Shown here piece by piece: positions 41,482 through 54,905 of a stretch of 64,000 bases of DNA. Position numbers and translations under genes: made by a program. Within the stretch, counting starts at the first letter, position 1. Each line of letters opens with the position of its first letter. The stretch comes from Octopus vulgaris (taxonomy: Eukaryota). Location of the stretch: the NCBI GenBank assembly GCA_951406725.2, contig OX597833.1:16058001-16122000 (forward strand), in the 5' to 3' direction. The notes under the pieces are model-generated. The model ran no database searches. It saw only the letters and a program-made list of their open reading frames with translations, and had not been told where the DNA came from.

Positions 41482-42090
41482 AAGGCAGCGAGCTGGTAGA
41501 AACGTTAGCACGCCGGGCGAAATGCTTCGCGGTATTTCGTCTGCCGTTATGTTGTGAGTTCAAATTCCGCCGAGGTCGACTTTACCTCTCATTCTTTCGG
41601 GGTCGATAAATTAAGCACCAGTTACGCACTCGGGTCGATGTAATCGACTTAATCCGTCTGTCTGTCCTTGTTTGTCCACTCTATGTTTAGTCCCTTGTGG
41701 GTAATAAAGAAATAGGTATTTTGTCTGCTGCTACGTTCTGAGTTCAAATTCCGCCGAGGTCGACTTTGCCTTTCATCCTTTCAGGGTCGATTAAATAAGT
41801 ACCAGTTACGCACTGGGGTCGATGTAATCGACTTAATCCGTTTGTCTGTCCTTGTTTGTCCCCTCTATATTTAGCCCCTTGTGGGTAATAAAGAAATAGG
41901 TATTTCGTCTGCCGCTACGTTCTGAGTTCAAATTCTGCCGAGGTCGACTGTGCCGTTCATCCTTTCGGGGTCGATAAATTAAGTACCAGTTACGCACTGG
42001 GGTCGATGTAATCGACTTAATCCGTTTGTCTGTCCTTGTTTGTCCCCTCTATGTTAATCCCCCATTTAGGCAATAAAGAAATAAGAAATA
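41482..42090 (+). mobile_element. Tandem trimer of SINE family B
   Basis: Three units of about 185 bp; another B copy at 41214-41435. Confidence 0.85.
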
Positions 42091-43195
42091 GCGAGTTAAA
42101 AAGGATTATAAAAGGATTCAAATAGAAAGAGAGGATGTGTGCGATGATTATGTCCTTGAAAAGGAGACACGCGGCTTAAAATAAGCGAACTGGAAAAGAC
42201 GGGGGAATGGAACCTGAAACACGACTCATCCGTCATTTTCCGTTAATTAACTGAGGCGGTGCACATACGAAATGTTTTGAATTGGAAACTAAAATAATGG
42301 AGGAAAAAGTGAATAATTAAAAATTTTGATTAAAATTTAATAGAAGGCAGAAACACATAATAATAACTAAAATTAAATTCACACTCTCAGTTAGTGACTC
42401 TCTCTTTATCATTTCTCTTTCTTTCTCTCTTTTCCCCCTCTCTCTCTCTCTCTTATTCACACATGCACAAACCTGAGGATATATGGATTTATCGAAAGGC
42501 ATTTCCGCGTTTATTAAAAAATTTATGCCTTAATTCAATTTTGTAGTCATATTGATAGCAGTTATAATTAAGACAATTTCAGTATTTTAATTGGTTTTTA
42601 CGCTTTCTTCACGAAATGTACACCTACCTCACACCGTACCCCACTTTACAGGTTGGAATACAATAGAAGTCATCCGTGAAATAATACAAATAAAAAAAAT
42701 TCATCAATAAAACTAATTAATTATCTCAAGTCAGGCCATAGAGAAATATTCATCTATCTTCGTTTATCACGAATATTTGCTTAAAAAAATAAATAAATAA
42801 ACGCCGTGTTAAATGAATCAGTACTAAATGAATAATAGAACATACAGGGAGAAAATAGTTTTCGTTCCCAGATCCCACATTGTTCTGAACATTATGGAAG
42901 GTAGCTGAAGCGCATTTTTTCAACCCAAACAGAATCTTAGACAGATCGTCGACCCGTGTAATCGCAGATCAATTCGTGATAAGCGTTACACGTTTCACAA
43001 TTGAGCCTACCGCGGTACCCGGGATCAGCGATAAATGCATCAGTGGTAAATGAGGATAGATGAACTGAACACACATATGCGTATTTATACTAGGTCTGAC
43101 CAATAAGCGCTCCGAGATGTGATCGCTGAATATATTAGAAATAGCAACTAAATGTCTCTCAAATTGCAGCCTATAGCCTTAAAAAATAAATACAT

Positions 43196-43618
43196 GGCGC
43201 AGGAGTGGCTCTGTGGTAAGTAGCTTGCTAACCAACCACATGGTTCCGGGTTCAGTCCCACTGCGTGACATCTTGGGAAAGTGTCTTCTGCTATAGCCCC
43301 GGGCCGACCAATGCCTTGTGAGTGGATTTGGTAGACGGAAACTGAAAGAAGCCTGTCGTATATATGTATATATATATATATGTATGTATGTGTGTCTGTT
43401 TGTGTGTGTGTGTGTTTGTCCCCCTAGCATTGCTTGACAACCGATGCTGGTGTGTTTACGTCCCCGTCAGTTAGCGGTTCGGCAAAAGAGACCGATAGAA
43501 TAAGTACTGGGCTTACAAAGAATAAGTCCCGGGGTCGATTTGCTCGACTAAAGGCGGTGCTCCAGCATGGCCGCAGTCAAGTGACTGAAACAAATAAAAG
43601 AGTAAAAGAGTAAAGAGT
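43196..43618 (+). mobile_element. SINE family A, full length
   Basis: Head ggcgcaggagtggc to (gtaaaaga)n tail. Confidence 0.9.
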
Positions 43619-43785
43619 ATGGATTAATTGAGCTTAGTGTTTGAAGAAAAACGATGGGATGGTCACACTCCACAGGTTAATGAGGGAATTGGCTGAGCAT
43701 CAAAGACAATACGTTGTGGAGTTTTTCGAGAAACGTAAAGAAATGTTGTCAATGAAAGCCGTAGCTCTCTCAATCAGTTTGTAGT

Positions 43786-44013
43786 TACTCTTTACTCTTT
43801 TACTCTTCTACTTGTTTCAGTCATCTGACTGCGGCCATGCTGGAGCACCGCCTTTAGTCGAGCAACTAGACCCCGGGACTTATTCTTTTGTAAGCCCAGT
43901 ACTTATTCTATCGGTATCTTTTGCCGAACCGCTAAGTAACGGAGACATAAACAGACCAGCATCGGTTGTCAAGCAATGCTAGGGGGACAAACACAGACAC
44001 ACTAACACACACA

Positions 44014-44057
<44 letters not shown>

Positions 44058-44192
44058 TACGACGGGATTTTTTTCAGTTTCCGTCTACCAAATCCACTCA
44101 CAAGGCTTTGGTCGGCCCGAGGCTATAGTAGAAGACACTTGCCCAGGGTGCCACGCAGTGGGACTGAAACCGAGACCATGTGGTTGGTAAAC
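43786..44192 (-). mobile_element. SINE family A
   Basis: Reverse-complement match; tail-to-tail with the previous copy. Confidence 0.9.
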
Positions 44193-44743
44193 AAGGCTGA
44201 ATAAACGAGGATGAATAAACTAAAATGGCTCCAGAAGGGCTGAAAATTGTGAACAAAACATAGGAAGGGATTATAGTGTGCAAGGTAAGAAGAAACACAC
44301 ATACACACACAGACACACGGGCACACAAATATGCACATACATGTACATGCATACACACACAAGGTCGAAGTTTAACATCGATCAAAAGACAAATATCAGC
44401 AATAAGGATATAACAGAAGATACAATAAAATCCAGAAAAAAAGCGGGTAAATGAATAAAATCCTCACTAATAAGCCTGTCCACCTCGGGTGATTCGGGGA
44501 ACTACCAACACCAAAAGAGCTGGGTAACTCTGTTGTTACGAAGCTATAGGAAGTGTCATCCTCAGAAAACATCCCCTGAGCAAATTGTGCCCATTCAGCT
44601 TCACACGATGTGCCACTTTCATCCACGTTTTGATAAACACACTAGGAGGCATGGCTGATATCCTAAATTTCAAAATATAGAGCCATGACTGTAAATAATA
44701 ACAAGTCTGAATAGATATGACATGTATATATATATATATATAT

Positions 44744-44816
<73 letters not shown>

Positions 44817-44822
44817 TATAAA

Positions 44823-45007
44823 TGGAAAGTTTACGAAAATAAACAAAAGACGAAGGCAGGTGGAGTACAAACAAACAAATGTATTAGTATAGCGCTTAGG
44901 GATAGAAAGAGTCTTTTACGTTTCGAGCCTACGCTCTTCCCCAGAAAGATACACAGAAAAAAAACAAGGAGAGAAAAAAATGTGTGTAGGAGCTAACGAT
45001 CTATCAT
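44823..45007 (-). mobile_element. HHR-A family element; HHR motif 44913-44948 (core CUGGGGA)
   Basis: Family match, embedded in (TA)n. Confidence 0.75.
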
Positions 45008-45221
45008 ATGTATGTATATATATATATATATACGCACGCATGCATTCACCACATATATATATATATATTCTAAAGCACATTATACAGAAAAAATTAATCA
45101 AGATATAAATGTTTATTATATGCAAAATTATATTAAGAAAATTAAAAAAAGGATCTTTACATTCTGAAAGATATATTTCAATATCTTTATAAATATTTCT
45201 GCCTATCTACTCTATGATTAT

Positions 45222-45329
<108 letters not shown>

Positions 45330-45357
45330 ATGTATATTTATATGTGTGTGTGTATGC

Positions 45358-45388
<31 letters not shown>

Positions 45389-45391
45389 TAA

Positions 45392-45432
<41 letters not shown>

Positions 45433-45847
45433 CCTATATATATACATATATATATATTTACATATATATATGTGAGTGTGTGTGTAATTTATATATATAT
45501 GTCATTTAATAACGAGAAATACTTCACACATGGAGATTTTATATTTTTATTAATGCATTTCTACATGTTTCGGCATTACACGTATATTTATGGGACAACC
45601 TCACCACTCCCATAGGATATTATTAAATATTATTTATGATATTTATGGCCCCTGTCGGAACCTGTTCATTCAGCATACATACTTATTTAAGCAATTTTGC
45701 GTTAGTTTATGTCGAATTACCACGTTGTTTAAAAATCAGGAGAGAACCTGGTAGACATGTGGCATGTACAAATATAAAAAGATATATATATATATGTAAA
45801 ATATATATAATATGTATATATATATGTATATATATATATTTATTATG

Positions 45848-45887
<40 letters not shown>

Positions 45888-46006
45888 ATACGTATATAAT
45901 ATCAAAATATATACATATGTATATAATATTTATATAATATGTATCTTATATTTATATATGTATATAATATGTATATATATTTATATATAATATATATATG
46001 TATATA

Positions 46007-46072
<66 letters not shown>

Positions 46073-46142
46073 TGTGTATATATTTACATATATATATATC
46101 ATATATATACATATATATACATATATATTATATCTATATATT

Positions 46143-46183
<41 letters not shown>

Positions 46184-46309
46184 ACAAGTGTAGATCGTAC
46201 ACGAGTGGGTATATATTTATAAAAAAGAAGTTTGGAAACGCCACTATACAAGATAAATTTTAATTTTCTTAGAAATTTTACATGTTTCGGTTCTTTTTGA
46301 AAAAACGAA

Positions 46310-46352
<43 letters not shown>

Positions 46353-47199
46353 GCTGGTGTGAAGAAAAGGTCCTGGATTTAAGGGTATCGTGAAAGGCCT
46401 GACTGGAGGCCCAACCGCCCCAGTTCTTTTACGGGGCTTAGTTTGTGAATCTGAAAGGGGGATATGTTGAATAAAATCATAATTTATTGATCCTCCTGTA
46501 TTTTGAAATTCCCTTTTCTTTTGAATGTTGTGTAATAACGAACGAGCGCTTGAATTTTTTGTATTTTTATGAACACCTTATATTAAAATTTCCTTTATAA
46601 CGAATTTTCTTTTTTTATACCCCGGGAATTTTCTCTGAATGTAATTTAATAAACACCTCATTCATATACACCTACACAAACTCACATGTATATACACATA
46701 TGTTGGTGTGTCTGTGTGTGTTTGTAGGTGGTTGTTTGTGTAGTTATGCATATGTATTGATTAAATCGCCAGAAGGAGTGAGAACAAATCCGAAATAAAT
46801 ATGCACTGCCAGTCCCAAGACGGCCGGAGAAGCATTGCATAGACGTAACTAAGGTGCGAGGATAAGATCAAAGCTAAACCAAAAGTGATACAAATTGCCT
46901 CAGAATCATTTGAAGAAACCGTGTTGAACGGCAATGAACAGAGCTTACCATATTTCAACGTCACAAAGAACTATGAAAGTAAGTCATTTTGATCAGCTTT
47001 AAAAACAATTATTGGAAAGAAAATGTCTGGAACTAACATAGTATTCGCTTTGTATAATAATCCCTTCTGTTAAACTGTATCCGGGTTAAAGTATTATATG
47101 AGACCTACAAATCAGACCTACAACAACAGAAGAAACGAACGCCATAGGCCCTTTTGCAAATGTGTGTATGTGAGTGTGTGTGTGTAATTGTGTGTGCAC

Positions 47200-47264
<65 letters not shown>

Positions 47265-47280
47265 CATACATATATATATA

Positions 47281-47635
47281 CTAGCACTATGACCCGGCGT
47301 TGCCGGGTCGTATTGATAGTGCATGCATATACAGCTGCTTGCGTGCGCACATACACGCGAGTACTGTCCAAATCTCCGACGACCAATCACATACAGCTAG
47401 CTGGCATTCAATTGGCGTATCAAGTTTCGGGTATTTTGACTGGGTTTTGGATAGAAAATTCACCAAAAATCACTTCTATTGATTTTTTAATGGCTTTGCG
47501 GGGTGACTGAGGAAATGTAAAGATGTGCACGACCACCCTTGGACGGTTTTAAATGACCATAGAAAGTGAGACCCCTCTAACTGAAAAATAAAAATTGTGG
47601 TTTTGTATAAAGGGCACACACGCAGACATTTTGCC

Positions 47636-47645
<10 letters not shown>
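47281..47645 (-). mobile_element. Non-autonomous Helitron
   Basis: CTAG end with hairpin gacccggc/gccgggtc; other end tgccgttttatata as at 551-916. Confidence 0.7.
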
Positions 47646-47706
<61 letters not shown>

Positions 47707-48020
47707 ATATACATACATACATATAATAATTTAAAATTAAAATTAAATCAACATCAATTCAACACCAGTGGTCTAGCATATTAAAATCTAAAAGTTCAGT
47801 AAATTGTATTATATACATGTGAGAGGGATGACCACTATGTGTACAACCCTTATGCTAAAAGTAGATCCGCTATGGTTTTACCACTAAGAAATGTTCTCAA
47901 GAAAAATTTACCAAACACCAGAACGTAATCAAGCAAGATAAATAAAAAGTAACAAAATAATCTATATTATCACCCAGGCCTTTCGCAATACCGTTAAAGC
48001 CAGAAACTTTTCAGAACCTC

Positions 48021-48084
<64 letters not shown>

Positions 48085-48294
48085 GATATAGGACAAAATT
48101 TTTTTCGGCAAAAAAATTTTATCAATGGCCAGCATATCAAAAATTGCCTTTAAAGGTAAAATTTATACATAATTTACAAGATAAGGGCAGAAGAAAAATT
48201 CTAATGCCAGATATGCCGAAACAAAAAATTGTCGATAACCATTAAATTTATGCGTCTCGAAACAAACCGATAGAAATCTCTAGAAAATTCGTTA

Positions 48295-48355
48295 TTACCG
48301 TATTGGTCCAATTTCGGGGTTAATTCATAAGAAATTTTCCCCTCTTCAGCGGCAA
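48295..48355 (-). ncRNA. Type I hammerhead ribozyme, canonical core
   Basis: Minus strand: UUGCCG-CUGAAGA-GGGG(..)CCCC-GAAA-UUGG(a)CCAA-UA^-CGGUAA, inside a TA-flanked insert (48081-48397). Confidence 0.85.
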
Positions 48356-48394
48356 ATACGCGAGATATAAATGAAATACTTACTCATATCTTGT

Positions 48395-48455
<61 letters not shown>

Positions 48456-48532
48456 AGATAGATAGATAGATAGATAGATATATAGATAGATAGATAGGTA
48501 GGTAGGTAGGTAGATAGATAGATAGATAGATT

Positions 48533-48570
<38 letters not shown>

Positions 48571-49526
48571 GAGAGAGATAGATAGATAGATAGATACACT
48601 TGCACGCATGCGCACACAAACACACACTCACAAATCCGATAAATATTTATCAAACATAACTGACACGTATTTTCGCGTGAAGTGTTTCAACAGATTGAGG
48701 CGATGAAAATAAAGATATTTGTTTCTTTATCTTTCTTTTACAAAACCTGTACCCGCTTTAAATATTGAAATAAAGACATATATACGTATAGTTTTCTCCG
48801 CACGAATTCATGTTTCTAACAGCTAATTTTACAATAAAGAGTATGATGCCATCAGCGTAAGGTTGGATAGTGGACGTGCAATATATGTTTACCAATTATA
48901 TACAAACCAGTGAAGCGGAAAGTAAAATTGAAAATATAGGAATGCTTTGAAAATGTCGATAAATACTCAACGAATTTTTCTATTCGAAAATGCATCTTAA
49001 AGATCCTTAAGATTTCTGGAAATTTCTTGTTAAAAAGCCTGTATTTAATATCAACTTATAAAGAAAGGTTGTTATATTTATGCAATAAATTGATTGTACA
49101 CGTGTACACAAAACACACACACAGGCGTGCACACACATTTGTTACTTGTTTTAGTCTGTGGACTGCGGCCATGCCGAAGCACTGCCTTGTAGTATTTAGT
49201 TGAACAAATCGACCCCATTCAATCAGTCTCCTTTTGTCGAGCCGCTAGGTTAAGGAGACATAAACACACCAACACCGATTCTGAAGCAGTGGCGGAGTTA
49301 CAAACGTAAACACAAAGGCACATATATATGTATGCAAACATGCTTACTCTTGTATTGATATAGGGGGTGGACTTATTTCAGTTTCTTCTGCCAAATCCAC
49401 TCACAATGCGTTGGTCAGCCCGTTGGGACTGAAGCAAACCTCTCGGACCGAAACTTGTCAAAGAGAAACGGCAAAGTTAGTTTCTCAAGTGCCATACCGA
49501 CTCATAAGGACCGGTTTCCCGGTATC

Positions 49527-50015
49527 ATATTTCTTTACTGCCCACAAGGGGCTACACACAGAGGGGACAAACAAGGACAGACAAACGGATTAAGTCGATT
49601 ACATCGACTCTAGTGTGGAACTGGTACTTACTTTCTCGACCCCGAAAGGATGAAAGGCGAAGTCGACCTTGGTGGAATTTGAACTCAGAGGTTGACTTTG
49701 CCTTTCATCCTTTCGGGGTCGATTAAATAAGTACCAGTTACGCACTGGTGTCGATGTACTCGTCTTAATCCGTTTGTCTGTCCTTGTTTGTCCCCTCTAT
49801 GTTTAGCCCCTTGTGGGTAGTAAAGAAATAGGTATTTTGTATGCCGTTACGTTCTGAGTTCAGATTCCGCTGAGGTCGACTTTGCCTTGCATCTTTTCGG
49901 GGTCGATTAAATAAGTACCAGTTACGCACTGGGGTCGATGTAATCGACTTAATCCGTTTGCTTGTCCTTGTTTGTCTCCTCTATGTTTATCCCCCTTGTT
50001 GGGAATAAAGAAGTA
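49527..50015. mobile_element. Head-to-head fused SINE B units (minus unit then two plus units)
   Basis: Orientation switches at about 49690. Confidence 0.8.
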
Positions 50016-50017
50016 AA

Positions 50018-50250
50018 TAGTAATTGGCGCGCTTGGAAGTATCAGCGATCAACTACCAGCATAGCTAAAAGAGATTGGTAGAGATGTAGATGGAACACCA
50101 ACAAAAATCGTTATTGTTTGGAACTGCAAAAGTTCTTAGCAGGGTTCTTGAAGGACGACCAGTAAACAAGTGTGATCGTAGTCTGCTGGCTGCGGGCAGC
50201 TGACACTTTCTGTCATACCCAACTAAATAAGCTGTTTCCATCAAATAGAA
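50018..50250 (+). pseudogene. Decayed R4-clade 3' fragment followed by (GAT)n (50251-50537)
   Basis: IVIGALGSI...FGTAKVLSRVLE. Confidence 0.6.
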
Positions 50251-50848
50251 ATGGTGATGGTGGAGATGATGATGATGATGACGATGGTCGTGGTGATGGT
50301 GATGATGCCGATGATGAGTAGGATGACGATGATGATGATGGTGATGATGATGACGATGACGATGATGATCATGATCATGATGATCATGATGATCATGATG
50401 ATGACGATGATGATGACAGCGGTGCTATTGGTGTTGGTGGTGATGACGATGATAACGATGATGATAATGAGAATGCCGATGATGAGTAGGATGACGATGA
50501 TGATGATGATGATGACGACGACGACGACGATGATGATTTTTGAACATTATCACAAGGTTACGACATTTAGTGATTTAGTGGCGGCAGAAGTAAGTGTATT
50601 GAACATAAACAGTAGACTTGTATTGATTTGCGATAGAAGTCTACTATTGGATTCAATATATTCCAGCTGCCCTCATCACCCATCCACTCCTCAGAGCAGC
50701 GTCTCTAAAGACAAATTCTTTATAATTTCGTCTCGTAATTATCTGTGACTTAAATATTGGATAGAAAAGATTGAAAACAAACTATACCGATATCATTTAC
50801 TTTCACAAGCAGGCAAAACCACGCCAAACAGACAGACGGTTATGTTAA

Positions 50849-50883
<35 letters not shown>

Positions 50884-51148
50884 TTCTTTTTTATTGTTCT
50901 TTTATATTTTACTTGTTCCAGTTATTTGACTGCGGCCGCCATGCTGGAGTACCGCCTTGACCCCCGTCTCCCCGGACTTATTTCTTAAGCCCAGTACACA
51001 TTCTGTCGGGCTCTTCTGCTGAACTGTTAGTGACGGGGACGTAAACACACCAACATCAGTTGTCGAGTGGTGATGGTGGGGGTCAAACACGAACACAAAG
51101 ACACACACACATATAGATATATACATGCATATATATATATATATATGC

Positions 51149-51206
<58 letters not shown>

Positions 51207-51214
51207 AAACGCAG

Positions 51215-52014
51215 GTGTTATTCAAATCTTTGGCGATATGAGGGAGGGCGTTGTCGTGCAGCAGAAGAACTTCATGCTGCCGATTAGGTCTTTTCTCTTG
51301 AATAGCCGTGTTGAGTCGTTCCATCTGTTGAACATAGAGTTCCGCGTTGACCGTTTGTTTCCGTTCAAGAAATTCGTAATGGATAATCCCTTCTCAGTCC
51401 CACCATACGCAAAACATCGTTTTACGCGGATGAAGATCTTATTTCACGCGTGGTGTCGCTTCGTTACTGCGGTTAAGCCATTCCTTACGCTGATTCATAT
51501 TGATGTACAGGCACCATTTTTCATCGCCAGTGACGATTCAGTAAAGAAATCGTTGCTTGTGTCCATGAGTTGAGCGGTGACGAGTAAACAAACCAGCGGA
51601 GATTGTGGCTCGTTGATTTTTGTTGTCACTTAAAGCATGCGGAACCCATGCTCCATACCTCTGAACCTTTCCTATCGAGTGAAGATGTTTCTCTATAGCA
51701 GTGTGGGAGCATTCCATTTCAGCTATGGCACCGTCTCCATACACAGCACAAATGTCGCGAGCAGCTTTTGCGGTCTTAGAACCTTGATTAAAAGCAAAAA
51801 GGCGGTGTCGAAAATGCTCGTTTTTCTTAATTTGACATTCCATTTTAATGATCTGAAAATAAACAAAAATTAACTAAAATTAACTAGAAACAAAAAACAA
51901 AATAGATTCCAAAATGATTCAAATATAGAATTCTCGAAAAATATGGATTCCAAAGTTTAAAAACACAATAAATTCCCAAATTTAAAAAACGGCGGGAACT
52001 TAGTTGCCGACCCA
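51215..52014 (-). pseudogene. Mariner (mellifera-like) transposase pseudogene with 5' TIR
   Basis: MECQIKKNEHFRH..., WVPHAL and VTGDEK motifs; TIR ttgggtcggcaactaagt next to TA. Confidence 0.9.
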
Positions 52015-52137
52015 ATATATAAAGTTAAATTTTCTTATAAAGTATGTTTAAGTATACTTCACAATATATGGGCGTTATTAAGAAATGGTCATTGTGAACT
52101 AAATTATTACCATGTAGGATTTTATCATGAAGGAAAC

Positions 52138-52227
52138 CATCCTGATGAGAGGGCATTATGTTTCTGTATTTCGAATACTTAAAACGCCATTTATACATTT
52201 ATTGTACGCCTGAAACAGCCGTAGATG
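52138..52227 (+). ncRNA. Hammerhead ribozyme motif with long, decayed stem II
   Basis: CAUC-CUGAUGA-(63 nt, AGG..CCU)-GAAAC(agcc)GUA^-GAUG. Confidence 0.55.
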
Positions 52228-52586
52228 ATATCCTTTACCCGAATTCATCCGAATCTGAATATATCTTATCTACCTATTTACCCCAGAATTTTTATATTTT
52301 GAACTCTCATCCGACATCTCACGTAAACATCAAATTCTTAATTGATTCGAACAGTTCCTTTTGGAATCCCTTACCTAGAATTTTCATCTCTTTATTTGTC
52401 ACTCCTCCCTTCGGTACCTGAACCCAACGTACATGTCTCATAGTTCTCCCCCATGACTTTTACATGTAATTTTGTTCACTGATTTATAAATTTATATGTA
52501 TATTTATTTCGTTGTGTGTTTAAAATTATGCTTTGGAATTTGTATTGATTGCCTGGATGTGTTCATTCTAAAATTTCCCATTTATA

Positions 52587-52663
<77 letters not shown>

Positions 52664-52667
<4 letters not shown>

Positions 52668-52849
52668 AGAGTATACGAAAAAAACAAAAGACGAAGACAG
52701 GTGGTGTACAAAACAAACAGATGTATTAGTATAACGCTCAGGAATAGAAAAAGTCTTTTACGTTTCGAGCCTACGCTCTTCTACAGAAAGGGACACAGAA
52801 AAATGCAAGGAGAGAAACAAGGAGAGAAAAAAATGCGTGTAGTGGCAAA

Positions 52850-52852
<3 letters not shown>
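52664..52852 (-). mobile_element. HHR-A family element; HHR motif 52755-52790
   Basis: Minus strand: CUUU-CUGUAGA-a-GAGC(guag)GCUC-GAAAC-GUA^-AAAG. Confidence 0.8.
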
Positions 52853-52901
<49 letters not shown>

Positions 52902-53087
52902 CCCGAAGTTTCCAGGTATTGATAACGTTCAGTCTCGCTTTCCTCATAAAAAAGTGCGCAAATCGGCCTATCACCTTTATACATTGTAGGCCTATCGATC
53001 TTGCTATGTCGATCCTGAATCTTCCATTCAGTCGCTTTCACTTAAACCAATGACGCTGAAGAGATTTTGACCTTACTTTTTATCAAG

Positions 53088-53965
53088 GCGCTCCATTCCT
53101 GGATATATTAATCATCAAAAGAGATAAAAACATTGAAGCAGACATTCACTACAAGCAAACAGATTCTAAGCAATACTTACTGTTCTCCTCATGCCATCAC
53201 AAAGACACGAAGAATAATATTCACTTTAATCTAGCAAGAAGAATCTGCACAATTGTCTCAAACTCTGAAACTCGCAATAAAAGACCACCAGGAACTGAAA
53301 CAAATAATACTTAAAAGACAGTATCCATTAAAGTAAATAGAGAACGGAATAGAAGGTGCCAAGGCAATAAATATCCAAGAACTACGATAAACGAAAAGCG
53401 CTCCAAATACATCCAATAATCTACTCTTTATTACATCACACAAAGAGGTTCACAATACAGAGGTTTACAATATCACCTACCAGAATATGCCACTACTAAG
53501 AAAAGATCCAAGAATGAAACAAGCATTCAAAATACACAAAATAATCAAACGTAAAAGACAATCAAAAGTCTGGCCGCGCCAATTGTGGGATTTGCATCAA
53601 TTTTCTTGAATACACCACATACAAATTCAAATCAGGACATATTTTTTCCGTAAAAATCACTTTACATGCTCTTCAAGGAATTTAATATATGCTACCAAAT
53701 GTCAATGACGTAATGAAGATTACATAGGTCTAACAAAGCTTACTCTAAGAAATAGACTGACCATTCACCAACAATAAATACGAGACCCCAATACTAGACA
53801 GATTCCACTTAGTGGACACATAGACATATGTGCAAGAAATAAGTCCCTCAAATTCCACGTCTTCCCAATCTAGCTATGTTCAGTAAATACTAAAAATGAA
53901 GCACGGATAAACAAAGAGAATACTTTCATTCAAACGTACAAACCCAGATTTGACGAACTTTAACG
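53088..53965 (+). pseudogene. Penelope-like element: RT thumb plus GIY-YIG endonuclease, degenerate
   Basis: PFLDILI...DIHYKQTDSKQYLLFSSCH...FNLARRICTIV...NLIYATKC...YIGLT..LRNRLTIH...HIDIC...KENTFIQTYKP with stops and frameshifts; absent from the ORF track. Confidence 0.9.
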
Positions 53966-54599
53966 GAGTACATACACAAATAAATATTCACACACAAAAC
54001 TCATTCTGCCACTTAACATGAGGAACCTACACAGCTAACAACCTTAACTTTAGCCACTGGAGTACATACAAATGACTCCTGTCTACTCTCCCACCAGACA
54101 GATTACTATCCTCTATCAATCCAACCTTATTCAAAATACATATTAATTTGAGCCATGGACTTCCGATAAAAATAGGACAAGCTTCAAACACGAATCAGAA
54201 GAAAAACAGCTACGACATAAGCCAAGTCTTTCTATGTCGAATTTTTGAAAATTAGTGTAAAATGGGAAACCGGTTAAATCTTTAGGCATAATAATAAAGG
54301 TTAGTCTATTTGTATTCAATTAAAAAGTAATAATTGGTCTTAGTCAGTTGTTGTTGATCAATATTTTTCCATTTTCTGTTTACTTTAAATATAATAAAAA
54401 AATATTTTTACTATTCCCAGTGCATTTTCAATTTATATTTTTCCGATATATATATATGTGCGTGTGTATGTGTATAAATAAATATACATACACATACGCA
54501 TACACATATATATGTATGTATATTGATTATACTTTTACAGGAATGGTAACTGACTTCAAAGTTTATGCATGATAGCTTTCGTAGGTCTGTCCGATAGAG

Positions 54600-54905
<306 letters not shown>

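Noticed and set aside
47970-48020. HHR-like CUGAAAA...GAAAGGCCU on the minus strand
   Set aside because: 3:8 mismatch and neither stem I nor stem II pairs
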